Below are positions 59,018 through 64,000 of a stretch of DNA of 64,000 nt, piece after piece. Origin of the DNA: Pseudomonadota bacterium (GTDB lineage Bacteria; UBA10199; 2-02-FULL-44-16; JAAZCA01); contig JAZDOG010000103.1 in assembly GCA_043798915.1 (NCBI GenBank), positions 1 through 64,000 of the forward strand. The letters are read 5' to 3'. Both the position numbers and the translations under genes were made by a program. The first letter of the stretch is position 1, and each line of letters begins with the position of its first letter. The notes below the pieces were generated by a model. The model saw nothing but the letters and a program-made list of their open reading frames with translations, was not told where the DNA came from and did no database searches.

Positions 59018-62000
59018 TTATGAATCCGCTGTCGCCTCCTCGACGATTCGGATTTCCTCTTTCGTCAGGCCGTACAGTTCATAGACAAGCTGGTCGATCT
59101 GGCGATCGGTGGCGTCGATCTGGCGATGCAGAACGGTTTTACGATTGGGTGCTCGCGCAGTATCATGTTTTGCGTGCAGCTCGATCATTTTACGGACAAG
59201 ATCAACCAGAACTTGATGTATCGCGCACTCTCTTTCGCACGAAATATCTATCTCTTTGATTGGAGTCCTTGCCAAAACATTCCCATTGATTTCAAGTCCC
59301 ACACCTCTTCGCTTCGCGACATGGGAATACCACTTCCATATCAATTTTGAATTCAGTACCGCGCATATGTAATACAACCGCTCATTGTTTTCATCGCAAG
59401 GAATGAACACATTGACGCTAAATGGCACATAGACGGGTCCTTCCGTTGGCACAAAGGACGGCCTCACCGCCATTTGTATGGCGAGGATCTTGCTCGATTC
59501 CCATATCTCTTCCTCACGAGGCCAATGCAAGTGCCACCATCCATTTGATCCGTTTTTTGTTTCGCGCCTCGCCTCCATAACAACGCGAAAATGACTCAAG
59601 TGTTTTCGAAGATTCGGGAATTTGTCTATATTCGGACACGTCCTGCGCGTCGAATAAATGAGTCGCAGAGACGGATCCGATGCGATCCGGTAACGCCCAA
59701 TGTCACAAAGATCATAATAGGGTCGAATGATACTTTTTTCCTTTGAGGATAACTTCATTCCCTTCAGCTCATTTTTACTGAGCGCGAAAACCCCCTCGCC
59801 GACGCGCCAGCGGCCTCCATGTTTGGTGTTCGTTTTTCGATTTATGGAGGCTGGATTTTCCGCAATTCCCTGCCTTACTCTTCCGTAATGGCACAGCTGC
59901 GGGTGTTTTTCGATCTTCGAAATTAGCCCTCCCGCAGGAAATTGCAGATCTACCTTTGATCCGTGGAATAACTGTTTAGGAGTTTTATCGTACGCTTTGA
60001 TGGGCCCGATTCCCCGGACACATAATTCAGCATCACCACCCTTCGTATCGTCTGCGATAATGATGCATATATTTTTGTCACTCTTTCCCTTCGAAACTCG
60101 CAGAATCATATGCTGCCCGGACACCTTTTCAAAAACTCTCAACTTTCCAAGATAAAATAATTCATCAATATGTGTATCATTCCTGAGAACATCGATCAGT
60201 TTTTCGGCGCCTGTTCCCGACGTCCAATAAGCGTTCGTAATGAACGACAAGACGCCGTTTCTTTTCAAATATTCGAGTCCCCGATGAACAAAATAATACC
60301 ATAGATCCATTCGCGGTGATCGGTACTTCAGACCAAACTCTGTTCTAGCAATGTCGTCCATTAAGTGTTTATAGTCCAATTCTCTTCTGTAAGGCGGGTT
60401 GCCGATGACGACATCAAATCCACCGCCTTCAATGATATCCACAAATTCCGTTCTCCAATCAAACGCATTGATTCGTTCCCGATCGTCATCTGAAAAAATC
60501 GTGATCTGAGCACGATTGTAATAATCCGGCCCAATAAGCGAATTACCGCACTTGATGTTGGTGCCTAAATCCGGCAGCGCGTGTTCTCGGAACATTTCGC
60601 GTTGTCGCTCTCCCTCAAGAAGTGCAAGCAGCAGCGACAGTTTTGTCACCTCGACCGCCTGTGGATCGATGTCGACGCCGTAGAGATTGTCCGTGAGTAT
60701 CCGCTTTTGTTCCGCAAATGTGAGCGCCCACTCGCCCTTGCGCACCTGCCAGAGCGCCGGCTGCTTTCCCTTGGCCCATTTCTCGGGGGCATTGTGGGTA
60801 TACCAATCAATATGCCACTTTCGGAGACAGTCATACGCCCCGATGAGGAACGATCCGGAGCCGCAGGCAGGATCGAGGATTCGTAGCTTGGCCGCCTCCT
60901 TTGGCGTTTTTCCCTCCAGGAGCTTACCAACCGTGTGTTTGACGATATAATCGACGATATACGACGGAGTATAATAGACGCCACCAGCCTTGCGAACCTC
61001 GGGTTTCTCCTCGATCACCGCTCTTCGCGTTGACGTCAAGTGGATGACCTTCCCGAGAAAGCGCTCGTAGACCTGACCGAGTATTTCCGTCGGGATGACG
61101 GAAAATTCATAAGGGCTCTGCGGGTAGTACAGGTTCTTGAATATCTCTCGCAGTACGTCGTCGTCGATCTTGAGTTTTGGCGTCAAAGTATCGGCGGGCG
61201 TCGGCCGCCCCTTCTCCTCATCGAAATGGAAAATGCCGGAGTTGTAGCGCTGGTCGGCGTGGCGGAAGAGTTCGATAAGCCGGTCGTAGGCGTGCGGGCC
61301 GTTCTGGAGCGCCATGAGCTGACCGTAACCCTCAAAGCCCTGATCCTCGCAGATGCGCAGAAAAACGATCCGATCGATAATCGCCTGTACCGCGAAGTTG
61401 AGCTCCTGGACGCCCAGCCTCCGGTTGCGTTGCGCGATATCCTGCGCCAAGAGCTTGCGCCACCGCTCGATCTCTTCGAGGAAGGCATCGTCGACGCCCG
61501 CCGTTCCACGCCGCCCCTTGGTCCCCTCCGCGTATTTGTCGAAGGAACCCTTGAGGATCGCCTCCTTGGAGAAGACGCCCGCGATCTCATCCCAGCGGTC
61601 GATGTATTGATCAAACGTCAGATACCGGATGCGGGCGACCGAGGCCTTGTCTCCCTTTGCAGGTCTTGACCGGCAGTCATAGACGGCGAATTCCTCAAAG
61701 TCGGTAAGAATGCCGAGTGGCAGTTTTGCGCTCCATGCGTAGCGCCGGAGCTGATAGGCGGGGTGGATCTCGTCCTTGATGCTGATGGAGGGTTTTTTCG
61801 CTTCGAGGAAGAACTTGCGGACGCCACCGACCCGGAAGCAATAATCGGGCGCCTTCGTGCCAACGCCCGACTTGATCGAATCATGGTGAATGACTTCTTT
61901 GTACGCCTCGGAGGAGCCCTGCCGGTTGGCGATGTCCCAGCCCAGAGCCTCGAACATCGGGAGAATGAACTCGGCGCAGACCTGCTCCTCTTTGTAGGCG

Positions 62001-62080
62001 CCGTTTTTGTAGTCATCGATGTGCTCCTGGAATCGTTCGACGAGGTCTTTGATGGCCTGTGGGACTGACGTTTTTGACAT
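59018..62080 (-). CDS. Single-chain type IIG/IIL restriction-modification enzyme (Eco57I-like: endonuclease + N6-adenine MTase + TRD)
   Basis: PDY...LEAKK nuclease motif, GVYYTP, LDPACGSGSF, IGNPPY, C-terminal IDQLVYELYGLT. Confidence 0.92.
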   Translation of the reverse strand: MSKTSVPQAIKDLVERFQEHIDDYKNGAYKEEQVCAEFILPMFEALGWDIANRQGSSEAYKEVIHHDSIKSGVGTKAPDYCFRVGGVRKFFLEAKKPSISIKDEIHPAYQLRRYAWSAKLPLGILTDFEEFAVYDCRSRPAKGDKASVARIRYLTFDQYIDRWDEIAGVFSKEAILKGSFDKYAEGTKGRRGTAGVDDAFLEEIERWRKLLAQDIAQRNRRLGVQELNFAVQAIIDRIVFLRICEDQGFEGYGQLMALQNGPHAYDRLIELFRHADQRYNSGIFHFDEEKGRPTPADTLTPKLKIDDDVLREIFKNLYYPQSPYEFSVIPTEILGQVYERFLGKVIHLTSTRRAVIEEKPEVRKAGGVYYTPSYIVDYIVKHTVGKLLEGKTPKEAAKLRILDPACGSGSFLIGAYDCLRKWHIDWYTHNAPEKWAKGKQPALWQVRKGEWALTFAEQKRILTDNLYGVDIDPQAVEVTKLSLLLALLEGERQREMFREHALPDLGTNIKCGNSLIGPDYYNRAQITIFSDDDRERINAFDWRTEFVDIIEGGGFDVVIGNPPYRRELDYKHLMDDIARTEFGLKYRSPRMDLWYYFVHRGLEYLKRNGVLSFITNAYWTSGTGAEKLIDVLRNDTHIDELFYLGKLRVFEKVSGQHMILRVSKGKSDKNICIIIADDTKGGDAELCVRGIGPIKAYDKTPKQLFHGSKVDLQFPAGGLISKIEKHPQLCHYGRVRQGIAENPASINRKTNTKHGGRWRVGEGVFALSKNELKGMKLSSKEKSIIRPYYDLCDIGRYRIASDPSLRLIYSTRRTCPNIDKFPNLRKHLSHFRVVMEARRETKNGSNGWWHLHWPREEEIWESSKILAIQMAVRPSFVPTEGPVYVPFSVNVFIPCDENNERLYYICAVLNSKLIWKWYSHVAKRRGVGLEINGNVLARTPIKEIDISCERECAIHQVLVDLVRKMIELHAKHDTARAPNRKTVLHRQIDATDRQIDQLVYELYGLTKEEIRIVEEATADS

Positions 62081-62092
62081 GGGAATCGCTCC

Positions 62093-62236
62093 CTATTTTT
62101 TACCTTCAATCACAAGCGTCATCTCGCCCTTCGGAGGGTTGGCCTCGACCGAGACCGCCATCTCCACGAGTGTTCCGCGTCTGAATTCCTCGTGGATCTT
62201 CGTGAGCTCCCTGCAGAGGCACGCTCGGCGGTCGCC
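62093..62236 (-). pseudogene. Displaced, diverged copy of the rsmI 3' end (47 codons + stop)
   Basis: Direct repeat of 63026-63169; 120/144 nt identical by manual alignment, 41/47 aa identical, no indels. Confidence 0.92.
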
Positions 62237-62244
62237 CTTGACTT

Positions 62245-62571
62245 TCAGGCTGCGATTTTTTTTCCGTGGGATGAAATATACCCGGCGAAATTTGTCGGGC
62301 GCATTTCTTTAAGAAGCGCCGCGGAATATAAATGAAGTTCCACTTCAGCGGCGACAGCTTTCTGTATCTGCGAGATGAAGTCCATGCGCACATCTATCTT
62401 TTCGAATTCCACGCCTTCTGCGAACACAGCGACATCGATGTCGCTGTCATCCCTGGGAATGCCATCCACATATGACCCAAAAAGATAAGCGGCGCGCACG
62501 GGATAGCGGTTGTTCACCATCCTGACGGCGTTTCGGGCTATATCCTCTACTTCCTCAATCCGCCTAGCCAC
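62245..62571 (-). CDS. Minimal nucleotidyltransferase (MNT)
   Basis: YLFGSYVDGIPRDDSDIDVAV. Confidence 0.9.
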   Translation of the reverse strand: MARRIEEVEDIARNAVRMVNNRYPVRAAYLFGSYVDGIPRDDSDIDVAVFAEGVEFEKIDVRMDFISQIQKAVAAEVELHLYSAALLKEMRPTNFAGYISSHGKKIAA

Positions 62572-62939
62572 TTGATTATCTCCTTTGTGCGCTCGAAGTA
62601 TTCTTTCGCCAATGTTTTGTCCACTTGTTTTGCCAGCTCGCTGACCTCTTCCGGATATCGCGTTCCAATATAATAATTGGTCAAGCGCCTCAAAAAAGTC
62701 TCTGTGGCTGTATCCAGCGAAACGCGAGCGAGAACAGACAGTTTCAGAAGATCGTGTGTCCTCGGCGGAAATTCCCCAGTCGTTTGCACAACCATACCCT
62801 TAAGGCGTTTTTCCATCGATTGCTGACAGCAAAAAAGGACATAAAGATACCGTTTTGAACTGAGCATGGCCTTGGCTGTTTCGAGGTCATAGTCGGAGAG
62901 ATCGATCCACTGTTTGGAATCACGCTCAATGCCGGTCAT
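62547..62939 (-). CDS. HEPN domain protein
   Basis: WIDLSDYDLETA...FCCQQSMEKRLKG...PPRTHDL...TRYP. Confidence 0.9.
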   Translation of the reverse strand: MTGIERDSKQWIDLSDYDLETAKAMLSSKRYLYVLFCCQQSMEKRLKGMVVQTTGEFPPRTHDLLKLSVLARVSLDTATETFLRRLTNYYIGTRYPEEVSELAKQVDKTLAKEYFERTKEIIKWLGGLRK

Positions 62940-63025
62940 CTTTGCCTTCCTATTTCCCGAACTATTTGAAAACGATATAGTTTTACATTATTTAATCAAA
63001 TTTGAAAGAAAAATCTCCTACAGCC

Positions 63026-63712
63026 TCACCTCTTGCCCTCTACAACCATCGTCATCTCGCCCTTCGGGGGGCTGGCTTCTACTGAGGCCGCCATCTCCGC
63101 GAGCGTTCCGCGTCTGAATTCCTCGTGGATCTTCGTGAGCTCGCGGCAGAGGCACGCCCGGCGATCGCCTAGAACTTCGAGGCAATCTCTGACCACGGCC
63201 GCGGCCTTCCACGGTGAGACATAGAAGACCAAGGTGTGCTGGATGTCTTTCAGCTCCTCGATCGCCCTCTTCCGCTTTCCGGGCTTGTCGGGCAAGAAAC
63301 CCGTGAATGTGAATCGATCGGTCGGGAGACCGGCGGCTGAGAGCGCCGCCGCAAGCGCAGACGGGCCGGGGATCGGCACCACAGTGATGCCAGCTTCTAT
63401 CGCTGCGATGAGAAGCGGGTATCCGGGATCGGATATGCACGGCGTCCCAGCGTCCGAAACGAGCGCGACGTTCTTCCCCGTCAGCATCTGTGCGACGATG
63501 TGCGCTGCTTTCTCCCTCTCATTTCCCTGAAAGAAGCTTGTCAGCGGCGTGTGGATGTCGAAGTGTGTGAGGAGCTTTCGCGTATGCCGCGTATCTTCTG
63601 CGGCGATGAGATCGACCTCTTTCAAGATTCGCATTGCCCTGAGGGTCATGTCCTCAAGATTGCCGATCGGCGTCGCTACGATGTAGAGAATACCTGGTAT
63701 CACGGTTTCCAC
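63026..63712 (-). CDS. rsmI: 16S rRNA C1402 2'-O-methyltransferase (short form)
   Basis: [40 protein letters not shown]; start may be the GTG at 63703. Confidence 0.97.
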   Translation of the reverse strand: METVIPGILYIVATPIGNLEDMTLRAMRILKEVDLIAAEDTRHTRKLLTHFDIHTPLTSFFQGNEREKAAHIVAQMLTGKNVALVSDAGTPCISDPGYPLLIAAIEAGITVVPIPGPSALAAALSAAGLPTDRFTFTGFLPDKPGKRKRAIEELKDIQHTLVFYVSPWKAAAVVRDCLEVLGDRRACLCRELTKIHEEFRRGTLAEMAASVEASPPKGEMTMVVEGKR

Positions 63713-64000
63713 GCTATCGGAAACCTGCGGCCGGGGCCGAAGGCCTTCGAAGTGACTTTGATCCCGGGCGCCGCCTGCCGCCGCTTGTATTCATTGCGGT
63801 CGATCATGCCGACGACCCGCTCCACGGTCTTCCGGTCATAGCCAAGCGCGACGATCGCCTCCGTGCCCAGCTTATCTTCGATGTATGCGCGGATGATCGC
63901 ATCCAGTATCTCGTATGGCGGCAGGCTGTCCTGATCGGTCTGATCCGGTTTTAGCTCCGCCGATGGGGGCTTCTCGATGATGGCGCGCGGGATGACTTCG
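63700..64000 (-). CDS. nadE: NAD+ synthetase, C-terminal part (5' end outside window)
   Basis: Manual translation: [24 protein letters not shown]...[29 protein letters not shown]. Confidence 0.93.
   Translation of the reverse strand, partial: EVIPRAIIEKPPSAELKPDQTDQDSLPPYEILDAIIRAYIEDKLGTEAIVALGYDRKTVERVVGMIDRNEYKRRQAAPGIKVTSKAFGPGRRFPIAWKP

Overview
Bacterial chromosomal window, fairly GC-rich, with gene order and protein styles typical of a deltaproteobacteria-like (Myxococcota/Desulfobacterota-related) lineage; the taxonomy is inferred. The housekeeping backbone comprises metK, a regulatory PTS block (ptsI-ptsH-EIIA-hprK-ptsN), hpf, rpoN, pyrG, rpsI-rplM, nifU-nifS, prmA-rsmE, shc, arsM, rpoH, pyrRBC, lapA, ihfB, sppA, rpsA, tRNA-Gly, pgsA, nadB, dnaJ/dnaK, rsmI and the end of nadE. 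Main points of interest: (1) A set of orphan proteins without obvious signal peptides sits behind alternative-sigma promoters. Two sigma54 (GG-N10-GC) promoters drive four orphans, including two tandem RTX-like Ca-binding proteins. A shared GCAACTTCTG-N10/12-CCGATAAT sigma28-like motif precedes both a lytic transglycosylase and a 2635-aa protein carrying hydrophobic helices, a degenerate J-domain, an M48 metallopeptidase and an ABC1/UbiB-like kinase. Together these suggest a flagellar/type III-type exported effector repertoire (inference). (2) A defence islet between dnaK and rsmI holds XRE-Panacea/MazF, a type IIG/IIL R-M enzyme and a HEPN-MNT pair, with a diverged 144-bp second copy of the rsmI 3' end recording cassette capture. 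(3) The Kdo/LPS-transport genes usually found around pyrG-rpoN, and lapB after lapA, are absent from these positions. (4) A REP-like hairpin lies in frame inside the squalene-hopene cyclase gene. No CRISPR array, integrase or transposase was seen.
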